From a virus, in the IMG/VR virus record IMGVR_UViG_3300037155_000096: a stretch of 64,000 bases of DNA. One strand, given 5' to 3'. Each line of letters starts with the position of its first letter. Positions within the stretch are counted from its first letter, which is position 1. Shown here one piece after another: positions 1-8,647 of this stretch. A program made the position numbers and the translations under genes. The notes beneath the pieces are model-generated. The model saw only the letters and a program-made list of their open reading frames with translations. It was not told where the DNA came from and made no database searches.

Positions 1-162
1 TATGACAACCTTAAAATTCTGTGTCACTCCGCTTGTATGGTAGACATTGATTTCCCAGTTGGCTTCTGTAGAACCAGATGGGCGATAAGTTGCAAATTGC
101 GAAGATGTACAACCAACAATCACAAAAGCCAAGACGATAAGTACAGAATAAATTATTTTCAA
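1..162 (-). CDS. Lipoprotein N-terminus, runs off the window edge (not in ORF track)
   Basis: TTG start at 162 preceded by AAGGAG. Translates LKIIYSVLIVLAFVIVGC-TSSQFATYRPSG..., a signal peptide II with lipobox IVGC. Open to position 1. Confidence 0.65.
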   Translation of the reverse strand, partial: MKIIYSVLIVLAFVIVGCTSSQFATYRPSGSTEANWEINVYHTSGVTQNFKVVI

Positions 163-356
163 AATGTTTCTCCTTATGATTAAGCAATTCTATTAAATTA
201 AAGTCTGGCACTCGCCGAATTGCATTTAAACGAAATGCCTTACTATTTATTATGTTCATTAAGACAAACCTCCGCCTTCTCCATAGCTTCTTTTTCTGTA
301 TCGACATGAATATGTAGGTGTTATCCCAGGTTATTTCCTTCATCTTAAAATTACAA

Positions 357-641
357 TCAATGAATCATTTCAATTTCTTCGGGTTCGGTTCCAGTAATAG
401 GACCTGTTAAAATACCTTCTTTACCTTCCGTGAAACTCCCCGCATTTAAATTTACAGCATTACCATTCTCCCAATCCTCTTGTATCTTGTCGCTAATTTC
501 TTTCGTTATTACTATTTTTTTTAAAGGCAGGGCAGCTATTCTAACAAAATAATCTTGTCCGTTTATAACTAATTGTGTAATGCAGTTGGTTTTTCCCGAA
601 GTTCTGTAATCAGCTTCAATGATTATTTCTTTGCTTTTCAT
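357..641 (-). CDS. Hypothetical protein
   Basis: 94-aa ORF with natural composition, just downstream of the RtcB fragment; no recognisable motif. Confidence 0.5.
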   Translation of the reverse strand: MKSKEIIIEADYRTSGKTNCITQLVINGQDYFVRIAALPLKKIVITKEISDKIQEDWENGNAVNLNAGSFTEGKEGILTGPITGTEPEEIEMIH

Positions 642-723
642 AATAATGATCCCGTAAATAATTGTTTTACATTAAGATAACACATATTCCATTAATCATC
701 AATACTTGCCTCTATTCAATGGA

Positions 724-888
724 TTATCCTTTAAATACTCCTAATGGAGTTAATTCAACAAGTATTTCTACTAGATCCTTCTGGTTATCCATTACTGTTT
801 GAATATCCTTATAAGCTCCTGGAGCTTCATCAAGATCCTTTACAGTTCTGATTCCATGAACAATTCCCTGGTCGTCAAGTACCTTCAT
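724..888 (-). pseudogene. rtcB: C-terminal fragment of RtcB-family RNA ligase
   Basis: Manual translation MKVLDDQGIVHGIRTVKDLDEAPGAYKDIQTVMDNQKDLVEILVELTPLGVFKG* matches the RtcB C-terminal DEAPxAYKDI...VM..Q.DLV...KG motif. An in-frame stop lies just upstream, so the catalytic N-terminal part is missing. Confidence 0.75.
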
Positions 889-941
889 CCAGATCATCTA
901 TGTAAATTATCGCATAAGCGAACTTGCCTTTCATCTGGAAC

Positions 942-1445
942 ATGCATTCATCCTATTACTTAGAAATGGGGGATATTGTTGACGCTCTTAATGAAATGAG
1001 AAGGGGTAAAGAATTTAAACCTTCAGAAGAAGATATAAGTGCAGAAAAGGGAAAGTTGTAAAAGACAATGCAATTTCCGATATTTTAGATGATTATATCG
1101 GAAGTAATGGTTTAGATGTTGATAAAGCCATTGCAGATAGGAAACAGAACATTGAGAAAATCCAATTAGAGAATGGTGTTCATGTTTCTGATTCCGATTA
1201 CTTAAATAAAATTGATGAATTAAAAAATGCTAAAGAACCGAATGAATCTGAAATAGATAATATATTCGGTGAAGATTTAGACAATAACAGGATTGACCAT
1301 GAAACAATCAACACAGTTGCATCCTCTCCAGAAACGAAAAAATTTGAATCTATTGTCGAAGATGCTAAAGGAAAAAACGAGACTAACTCAACTCCTGAAA
1401 TCAAAAAATCAATCGAAAGAATTGACGAAGTAGTATCTCCCTATC
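942..1445 (+). pseudogene. Frameshifted plus-strand coding fragment
   Basis: Protein-like text in two frames (LEMGDIVDALNEMRRGKEFKPSEEDISAEKG, then KVVKDNAISDILDDYIGSNGLDVDKAIADRKQNIEK...) joined by a shift near 1050. No clean start. Confidence 0.4.
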
Positions 1446-1539
1446 TGCCGGTTAGTCGCATATCTTGTTTATTTTCGGAATGTGTTTGGAGTATTCGTTT
1501 GTATTCAGATGAACACATTAGTTTTAGGCTTGAGCGCCC

Positions 1540-2388
1540 TTATACGCCAAAGTGTTCGATTAGATGGGTAAATGATAGGTTTAAGCGTGAGATATTGCTT
1601 TCCGTCCGGTTCTTATTCTTGTTGACCATATTTGCTACGTCCTGATTGTCTGCATAATCTTGGTTGGACTTCTCTATCTCGGGATCTGAAAAATACCGGC
1701 CAGCATCATGCTTCACCCAGGGATATTCCAGAACCTGTGCTAATCTTTCGTCCGCCTTATCCTGCTTTACCATAAACCATGAGGGCGGTCTTACTTTCTC
1801 TTTGGTTTCCCATACGTAGATACATTTCCCTTTTGCAACTGTCAATTTGTTAACAGTCCCCCATACCTTATAATCGGTACAAATTCTTTTCCATACGTCC
1901 TTCTTGACCTTGACGATCTCATATTTATCATCGTTCGATACTTCTATTAAAGACAACTTATCTGAATCCTTCGCCCGTGTAATAATCTTCAGAACTTCGG
2001 CAGCCGGATCAAAATCGATAGGGCAGATAACCATGTCAGCTTGATAAAGGGACAGCCAGCTCTTAGGCATTTCAGATTTCGCCAGCAGCAGTACTGAATT
2101 CTTTGTGAACTTGCTTGCGAAGAACTTGATGAACGCCCCGCCGGTTTCTTTCGGTATATTCTTTTTCGGAGTAACCGTGGTAACACTACCATCGGGTTTC
2201 GATATCGTAGTCTGAAGCGAACGCAGGAACAAGTTCCCTTCCAATGCTTTAGCGAACTGCTCTTCAGTTCCCTGAACATACGAATAACCGGAAACAGGAT
2301 ACTTCCTTATCTTGAGTCCTAATTTCTCCAGTTCTTTTTTCTTGGACTGGCTGAGGTTCTTGTTATCTACGATTTTCTCTGTGTTCAT
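1540..2388 (-). CDS. Hypothetical protein
   Basis: 282-aa ORF co-oriented with the phage genes; no recognisable domain. Confidence 0.65.
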   Translation of the reverse strand: MNTEKIVDNKNLSQSKKKELEKLGLKIRKYPVSGYSYVQGTEEQFAKALEGNLFLRSLQTTISKPDGSVTTVTPKKNIPKETGGAFIKFFASKFTKNSVLLLAKSEMPKSWLSLYQADMVICPIDFDPAAEVLKIITRAKDSDKLSLIEVSNDDKYEIVKVKKDVWKRICTDYKVWGTVNKLTVAKGKCIYVWETKEKVRPPSWFMVKQDKADERLAQVLEYPWVKHDAGRYFSDPEIEKSNQDYADNQDVANMVNKNKNRTESNISRLNLSFTHLIEHFGV

Positions 2389-2427
2389 TTCATTCCTTAA
2401 AGAATATCAGCAATATGAGGGCTGCCA

Positions 2428-2811
2428 TTATTCATGCGCCCTGATAAGTTCGATGGCTTCATCGAGATCTTCGACCGTGATTGTCGCGAAGTTCTTCAGG
2501 AACTCCAGGTACCGTGGCTTGAAAGTATCATTAGCTTCCATTACAAATATTACTGTCTTACCGAGACCATAAGCGTATGCCATCTCAGCCGTCAGCCCAA
2601 GACCAACCGGATTAGTCTTTTCGAAATAAGCCAGCACTATGTCAGATTTCTTCAGATGATGCTTATTCCACACACCTATCTCATCCATGCTGAAATTCAA
2701 TTCCTGATTATCGCCCGGATTGAAGAACGTAAATCCTTCCAGATTTTCCTTTACTTTTTCTCTCCACATTGAGTGAAATCCACCTGACAGGTACACCTTA
2801 GTCGTTTCCAT
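2428..2811 (-). CDS. Nucleoside 2-deoxyribosyltransferase-like protein
   Basis: KVYLSGG...FFNP...DIVLAY...GLTAEMAYAYGLGKTVI matches the NDT/N-glycosidase family pattern, including the catalytic Glu. Confidence 0.75.
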   Translation of the reverse strand: METTKVYLSGGFHSMWREKVKENLEGFTFFNPGDNQELNFSMDEIGVWNKHHLKKSDIVLAYFEKTNPVGLGLTAEMAYAYGLGKTVIFVMEANDTFKPRYLEFLKNFATITVEDLDEAIELIRAHE

Positions 2812-2855
2812 CGAATCTTTCCTTTTGTATTATTTTTCTGATTATTCTTATTATC

Positions 2856-3620
2856 TTATAATTTCCATAAATGACCGTCGAATGCGAATGCATAGTCAAT
2901 GACTACCACATTGTAAAACGAGAAATTCCCGTTTCTCTGGACGAAGTAAATTCCGAATCCCTGGTTCGAGTTCTTGAACATGCTGTAATTCCAGTCTCTC
3001 TTGCACATACAGCCGACCGAGTAACCCTGCATGACCTTGCCTTCGATATTTCCGCTGGTTGCCGTATCGCTCTTGTGAATATGTCCCATTACGAAGTTCG
3101 CATGGAAGTCCTGAATCAAATGGGACCTTACAGCGGTGACTCCGGCTCTGAATCCATGAGTAACATTTAACTTGCCAGCCTTGTAAAAACCTTTGTATGG
3201 CAATATCATGCCGAACCCTCTTTTCTTCAGCTGCAGCTTGCTGTACCTGTGAATGCTATCATCGAAGAAATTCGGGTTCTCCGTGAAGTAATCATCCTGC
3301 CACTTATCGTGATTGCCGTCCAGCCATATCAACTCGGTCTTTCTATTCGGCAACAATTCATCTAACATTAGATTGGCTGCAACATGATCTTCATTGACTT
3401 CCTCATACGGCGTTTCATTCTTTCTTTTACCGTGACTTCCATAAGCCGCATAATTCAGAATATCTCCATCGAGTACAATCTCACCCGGTTTGAACTCCTT
3501 AATGAATTCACTCACCAGCTTTATCAGTTTCTTATCCTGATACGGCGAATGGAAATCCGCCATGACTATTCCCGTTTTCACCTGTCCGATTATGTTCATC
3601 CCAGCTCCGCTTGGTTGCAC
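2856..3620 (-). CDS. Calcineurin-like metallophosphoesterase
   Basis: Motifs DFH, GDILN, GNHD, THG and GHIH. Confidence 0.85.
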   Translation of the reverse strand: MQPSGAGMNIIGQVKTGIVMADFHSPYQDKKLIKLVSEFIKEFKPGEIVLDGDILNYAAYGSHGKRKNETPYEEVNEDHVAANLMLDELLPNRKTELIWLDGNHDKWQDDYFTENPNFFDDSIHRYSKLQLKKRGFGMILPYKGFYKAGKLNVTHGFRAGVTAVRSHLIQDFHANFVMGHIHKSDTATSGNIEGKVMQGYSVGCMCKRDWNYSMFKNSNQGFGIYFVQRNGNFSFYNVVVIDYAFAFDGHLWKL

Positions 3621-3633
3621 ATGATTTCGTTGA

Positions 3634-3870
3634 CTAGATTTTTCTTTTTGTCAGTGCACCCGATGGACTAATATCCCATTCGGATATCGGGAGGACTTCA
3701 TTGGAATTAAAACATTCGACAGTGTTGATCAGAGTAGCTAACCGCCTGGACATTTTTCTCAGACCTTCGAGAGTCTCCTTTGCGGGAACGCTCTCATCTT
3801 CAAAAAATCTTTCAATCGCCTCATTAGCTTCGTGCTGTAACAACTTGTTCGGGCTTATCGTCTGGTTCAT
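3634..3870 (-). CDS. Hypothetical protein
   Basis: 78-aa ORF packed in the operon between neighbours. Confidence 0.6.
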   Translation of the reverse strand: MNQTISPNKLLQHEANEAIERFFEDESVPAKETLEGLRKMSRRLATLINTVECFNSNEVLPISEWDISPSGALTKRKI

Positions 3871-3877
3871 ACTATTC

Positions 3878-4729
3878 TCACTTAATGAAACTACTGATTG
3901 GAACTGAGACGGAAATACCCGCCCATTTTGTGTCTGTAACTAAAAACCATGCACCAATCGCCTTATACTGGATCGTAAGACCGTAAGCTATGGAAGCTCC
4001 TGTAAGCGATACTGACTTTACCATCTCTGTGCCTGTACCGAGTAGTCCGCCGACTTTCAGATTATCTAAGAATCCGGGTTCGATGCAGTTACTAGCCGAC
4101 GGAGCAAAAAGCTTCTCATCTACTTCGGTATTCAATGTCGTCACTGTTATCCCAGGCGTCTTGGGTTCAAAGATTCCCATAACCTGCAAGGTCTCGGGAT
4201 TTCTTGCTATCTTAATCTTCCCTTCCAGTGGTCTGAATTTCAGGTTCAACTTCGTGAAGCTGTTAACCGGGGCTTTCAAATCGATGACAGTAGTTCCGCT
4301 TACACCCACCATTAGAGTATCGTATTGTGGAAACGTGTACGTAGCTTTCGTACTGTCAATGGTGGTGCTGCCACCCTTTATAATAATCGCCAAATCGTTA
4401 ATTTTTAAGCCCAGTTCCTGTATGACTGCCAGTTGATATCCTTGCTTGCGTAACGATTCTCTGAGCTGCGTGTCTGTTTGCTGTTGCAAGTCATACAAGT
4501 AACTGAGTTTCTCATATTCTGTCTTACCCTGATCGTTAATTACCTGCCTCAATGAATCCAGGCTTGCCTGAAAGTTCACATTGCTTACTTTACCAGCCCG
4601 TTCTACCTCAGCCTTCAATGACTGATTCTGCTTATATAAGTAAACGCTTACCGATACCAATGCGAGGAATACACCCACCAGAATTGCTGTGGTAATAACT
4701 TTCTGTTTCAGAGTCATTGCTAAAATCAT
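3878..4729 (-). CDS. Putative spanin-like (Rz-like) membrane protein
   Basis: Single N-terminal TM helix followed by a long coiled coil; lies downstream of the endolysin. Confidence 0.5.
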   Translation of the reverse strand: MILAMTLKQKVITTAILVGVFLALVSVSVYLYKQNQSLKAEVERAGKVSNVNFQASLDSLRQVINDQGKTEYEKLSYLYDLQQQTDTQLRESLRKQGYQLAVIQELGLKINDLAIIIKGGSTTIDSTKATYTFPQYDTLMVGVSGTTVIDLKAPVNSFTKLNLKFRPLEGKIKIARNPETLQVMGIFEPKTPGITVTTLNTEVDEKLFAPSASNCIEPGFLDNLKVGGLLGTGTEMVKSVSLTGASIAYGLTIQYKAIGAWFLVTDTKWAGISVSVPISSFIK

Positions 4730-4968
4730 TTCACCCTTCCGTGCTTGGTTCCTAAAATTATTTCCGTTCCCTCTTTGTACCAGCTATGTCCGTTCTGACA
4801 TGTTCTCTCATTTATTCTGCATTTGCAGGTACCCACATATTTTTCTTTGCATTCAGGACAGTAGTCGATATTTCCAATAAGCCCCCGAGCTTCTGCTATG
4901 CGACTGGCTTGACGCCTTGTCTCAAGTGCCACTATCGTAGCAAATAATGTCTGCCTAAGTTTTCTCAT
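4726..4968 (-). CDS. Small Cys/His-rich (zinc-binding) protein
   Basis: CPEC...CKC...CQNGHSW; 4-bp overlaps with both neighbours. Confidence 0.55.
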   Translation of the reverse strand: MRKLRQTLFATIVALETRRQASRIAEARGLIGNIDYCPECKEKYVGTCKCRINERTCQNGHSWYKEGTEIILGTKHGRVK

Positions 4969-5558
4969 TTCGCGCTCTGCTGGGTTGGTTTCTGTATCGA
5001 TGTTTTCGAATATGTCACTGGCGTGAAGTACACTATTCTGAAGTAATTAGCTGGCTGTATGTATCTTGTTCTCTTATAAACTCCATCTCCGTCTGACTGA
5101 CTGCCAGCCGTACCGGAAGACGTATTCCCTTCAACCGTGGATCCACTGGATTTATTCCAATGAAGCACAAATCCTGTATGCCCGTGTATCGTAGTTCCAT
5201 GCCGGAATATGAATATGCTTCCGTCGGGTACTTGTTTAACTCCGATAAGAACATCTTTCGCTGCGATACTGGTCTTGGTTATGTAATTCACCGCCAGACC
5301 GGATCTCATCTTGGGCAAATCGACTTGCGCAGTTGTCAGATTAAAACCGACAAACGCTCCACACCAAGAGTCTCCCTTATGGAGTCCTACCGAGTGAAGG
5401 AACATTTCTACTGCCACACCATCATTATGCCCGGTCTTTTCCTTTACGCCGACAAATGATAATGCGGACTGAATGTGCTTAGCCTGTCCGAACGTCGGAT
5501 TAGGAAGAAGCGATACAAGCAGCAGCAAGAATACAATTCGACATGAAAAATATCGCAT
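4965..5558 (-). CDS. CHAP-domain endolysin with N-terminal signal peptide
   Basis: SWCGAFV (Cys), HGHTGFV (His) and TVEGNTS CHAP motifs; hydrophobic N-terminus. Confidence 0.8.
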   Translation of the reverse strand: MRYFSCRIVFLLLLVSLLPNPTFGQAKHIQSALSFVGVKEKTGHNDGVAVEMFLHSVGLHKGDSWCGAFVGFNLTTAQVDLPKMRSGLAVNYITKTSIAAKDVLIGVKQVPDGSIFIFRHGTTIHGHTGFVLHWNKSSGSTVEGNTSSGTAGSQSDGDGVYKRTRYIQPANYFRIVYFTPVTYSKTSIQKPTQQSAK

Positions 5559-5787
5559 ATGCTATCGGTTCCTTTGTTATTAACGCCATCGTGTCTACTT
5601 CAGGACATGCGAAATGGTCAAACGCCCATACGATTGTCACTGCTATGACATACTTAAAAATGCCTACTGCAAACGAACTGTATTCGATTGCATAACTGAA
5701 CGTGAACCATACTCCCAGACCGGAGATTAAGCCCATTATCAGAAACGTCCTGAGTGCCGCAAATGCTTCCTTATTAAATGCTTTCAT
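5500..5787 (-). CDS. Holin-like membrane protein (DUF350-like)
   Basis: 95 aa with three hydrophobic segments, directly upstream of and overlapping the endolysin. Confidence 0.55.
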   Translation of the reverse strand: MKAFNKEAFAALRTFLIMGLISGLGVWFTFSYAIEYSSFAVGIFKYVIAVTIVWAFDHFACPEVDTMALITKEPIAYAIFFMSNCILAAACIASS

Positions 5788-5795
5788 TACCTATC

Positions 5796-6137
5796 CTATT
5801 TCGTTGAAAAATATTTTACTACTGCCATCGTGATTCCACCGGACAAGAGAGCCACTATGAATCCCCATACTCCCAGAATCACTTTTAATTTCAAATCCTG
5901 ATTACTGAACTTGAGTTCAACAGCTGCAACAGCCTTATTGGTTTCCTTAACCTCATCCAGAGCCGCTTTCTTGCTATCTTCGATCTTCTTTTCAAGATCA
6001 ATCCTCTGGGACTCAATTTTCTTCCATATCTCTGTCTGGGCGGTATCCAGTCTCTCCAATTCACTAAGAATCAGGCGACGGTACTCCCCAAAATGGTCTC
6101 TACTGAGATCAACTGTTTCCTGCCCGTTTTCTAACAT
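5796..6137 (-). CDS. Coiled-coil protein with C-terminal TM helix (holin/antiholin candidate)
   Basis: EYRRLILSELERL coiled coil plus a C-terminal TM segment; sits in the lysis cassette. Confidence 0.5.
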   Translation of the reverse strand: MLENGQETVDLSRDHFGEYRRLILSELERLDTAQTEIWKKIESQRIDLEKKIEDSKKAALDEVKETNKAVAAVELKFSNQDLKLKVILGVWGFIVALLSGGITMAVVKYFSTK

Positions 6138-6139
6138 TT

Positions 6140-6835
6140 CTACCCTGTTATCGTATTCTTAATGGCGAACAATATTTCCTTGGCGACTCCGCAAGTTGCA
6201 CAGTTCAATTTCGGATCTGTCAAAGCTGTCTCCAGGATACCCTTCATACTGTTTATGGCTGACGCCACTTTTTTCTCATTACGACTGTTCTTCAGATAAA
6301 AACTAATGCCCGTTGCAACCGTTCTCATAAGGTTCAGTTCATATTTGTCCCACGCCTCAGCATCTTCATAATCACTTATGCCGACGAAACCGATATATTC
6401 TTCTTTTATAAACAAGGGAATCAATAAGGATGAATTCAGTTCAAAATTCTCAAGGATGGAACTCCACGGCTCTGCACCGGGAGAGGGAACGGAATGTACG
6501 ATCTGGTTCGATGATAATTTTTCATATAACAAGTCTGCTTCATCGTAAGCAAAATGTTCTACTGCCGGTATTGTGATTTCTTCGGAAAGCCACATTCCCT
6601 GGCGGGAGGCGTATATTCTACCTTCATAAATGAGGTTCGTAAACACGAATGCCTTGGATACATGCGTGACTTCCCCAAGTTTTTTCAATGCTGCTGGAAA
6701 GACGCTCCCACCATTTGCCAGAAGTATATTCTGGATCTCTACTATTGCTCTTAAATACTTATCATGTTTTGCCAGCTCCAGATCTTTTTTATCCAGTTCC
6801 TCGGCAAGCGTCCTTAACTGTTCAAGATTCGACAT
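6140..6835 (-). CDS. Stand-alone GAF-domain protein
   Basis: ALKKLGEVTHVSKAFVF...SSLLIPLFIKEEYIGFVGISD...WDKYELNLMRTVATGI is a typical GAF pattern; N-terminal coiled coil, C-terminal CxxC. Confidence 0.8.
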   Translation of the reverse strand: MSNLEQLRTLAEELDKKDLELAKHDKYLRAIVEIQNILLANGGSVFPAALKKLGEVTHVSKAFVFTNLIYEGRIYASRQGMWLSEEITIPAVEHFAYDEADLLYEKLSSNQIVHSVPSPGAEPWSSILENFELNSSLLIPLFIKEEYIGFVGISDYEDAEAWDKYELNLMRTVATGISFYLKNSRNEKKVASAINSMKGILETALTDPKLNCATCGVAKEILFAIKNTITG

Positions 6836-6917
6836 GGTGATTTCCTTTCGGCAGGGCGTACTATCTTAATCTTATCGCTATTCATCCCAAACCCACTTTC
6901 TGATCTCTGCTAATCGG

Positions 6918-6953
6918 ACTTTACATTACCTCATCTACTTTACATTCTCATCT
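6918..6953. repeat. Tandem direct repeat upstream of the GAF/lysis cassette
   Basis: ACTTTACATTACCTCATCT (6918-6936) immediately followed by ACTTTACATTCTCATCT (6937-6953). Confidence 0.75.
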
Positions 6954-7057
6954 ATTCCGACTTCACCATAGAATTACACAACGTGAGCAAATTAAATACT
7001 ATAAGAGCCTGTTACAACGGTCACGCCCCCTTTTAAGCGTCATTATGGACATTTCGC

Positions 7058-8647
7058 TTATCTTCTTGCCAATAAGTTGAACCCTGCGGAACTGTTCGCT
7101 GCACTTACATAATACTCTCTTATGATTACTATTCCTGAACCACCCGAGCCGGGCCATCCAGCATCGCTATTAGCTCCGCCGCCAGTGGCAAATTCACCAT
7201 CTGTTGCTGCGGTGTCAGATTCTTCCGGAACTTCGCCTCCCATTTCTCCCATGCCTCCGCCACCTTGAGCGCTGTTCTGAGTGCCACCTTGATATGGTCT
7301 TCCTCCTCCCTGTCCACCACCCGAGAATAACTGTCCATCTGATTCGCCAAATGCTCTTGTCGTTGTACGCTGCCCGAGTCCCCCGAAGATTGCGCCATTC
7401 TCTCCATCATTGCCATTCCAGCCGCCACTTCCAGCTCCCCCGGCTCCACCTGAGCCCCCGTCACCGCCTTTTCCATAATTCCATACACCAATAACGACAT
7501 ACCCCGAAGAATCACGGACTATCGAACCTATGTGTTCTTTCGAAGGGACATTCTGCCACTGTTCCCAATCGGCACCTATTTGATCTGAACGGAACACACC
7601 ATAACTTTCTGTCCCGATCAAAAACCCTATCCCAGTCCATGCTACCGAGGTCACTTTAATATCGGTTAAATTCGAGTGAATCCAACTTTGTCCGGCTTCC
7701 GTAGAATAGTAGATTCCATTGCCAGTCCCTGCCAGAAGACTACGCATTCCGTCATAGAATAGAGTATAGCACGACGAAGTCCCATTCATCAAATACCAGT
7801 TAACGCCATAATCTACGGAACTGAGAATACCTTCTTGAGCTCCCGCATACAAAATTGCGCCTTGTCCAGCGATTACTTGATAAAACAGGGGTTGCCAGGC
7901 ATTAGGGTTACTATTAGCCTGCACCCATGAAGTGCCATTATCCAGAGAACGATATAGACCTGTGCCGTGTGTAGAAGCATACATATAATATTCACCGGAA
8001 GTGAATGAAGTAACTTCAAGAAATTGTGTGACTCCATTATCTTTTGTCCACGACGCCCCATTATTTATGGACGTATATATGCCCTGACGAGTGCCGACAA
8101 AGATTTTATTGCCAACGAAGAACCAGCAGTTGATATTCACTACCCCGTTAAATCCATTATTTATCTGTGTCCAGCTTGAACCGTGGTCTGAGGATCTCCA
8201 TGCTCCTTGATTATTTACTCCGACATAGATATAACCTCCGTTAGCGGCAAGAGAGTTCACTTGTGAGTATCCCAGCCATCCGTTCTGAGAGAAAGTCATA
8301 CCATCGTCATCTGATCTAAGGATTCCATATCCTCTACCGGCGCATCTTCCTCCTGCCGCGAAATATGGTCCGAACGAAGATTGAGCGCCATTTTCAGTGT
8401 CATCAGCGTATCCGCCTTCACCAACCATTGCGACATAATCTGTCGCAGGCGTGACAGGTATATTCGTGAATGTCCTTGTAAAACCACCACCGCCACCACC
8501 GCCAGGAGCAAGATTGGTTACTCCCCAGCCTCCGCAACCGCCTCCGCCAGCCAAAAATACATCAACCGAGTTAACATCTGCTGGGCACGTCCATGCGTTA
8601 TATCCAGTGCTATCAATAACCGTGGTTCTTTTTAGAACTCTGCTCAT
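7058..8647 (-). CDS. Glycine-rich virion protein with inserted BNR/YCF48-like beta-propeller
   Basis: Gly-rich phage domain halves (VFLAGGGGCGG...GGGGGGG; GGSGSGIVIIR) flank repeated Asp-box motifs (RSDDDG, RSSDHG, TSINNG, RSLDNG, SSVDYG, YSTEAG). Confidence 0.75.
   Translation of the reverse strand: MSRVLKRTTVIDSTGYNAWTCPADVNSVDVFLAGGGGCGGWGVTNLAPGGGGGGGFTRTFTNIPVTPATDYVAMVGEGGYADDTENGAQSSFGPYFAAGGRCAGRGYGILRSDDDGMTFSQNGWLGYSQVNSLAANGGYIYVGVNNQGAWRSSDHGSSWTQINNGFNGVVNINCWFFVGNKIFVGTRQGIYTSINNGASWTKDNGVTQFLEVTSFTSGEYYMYASTHGTGLYRSLDNGTSWVQANSNPNAWQPLFYQVIAGQGAILYAGAQEGILSSVDYGVNWYLMNGTSSCYTLFYDGMRSLLAGTGNGIYYSTEAGQSWIHSNLTDIKVTSVAWTGIGFLIGTESYGVFRSDQIGADWEQWQNVPSKEHIGSIVRDSSGYVVIGVWNYGKGGDGGSGGAGGAGSGGWNGNDGENGAIFGGLGQRTTTRAFGESDGQLFSGGGQGGGRPYQGGTQNSAQGGGGMGEMGGEVPEESDTAATDGEFATGGGANSDAGWPGSGGSGIVIIREYYVSAANSSAGFNLLARR

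Noticed and set aside
11-343. 110-aa ORF from the track
   Set aside because: Its 3' half overlaps, in another frame, a much more convincing lipoprotein ORF with RBS and lipobox (1..162). Composition looks like a shadow frame.
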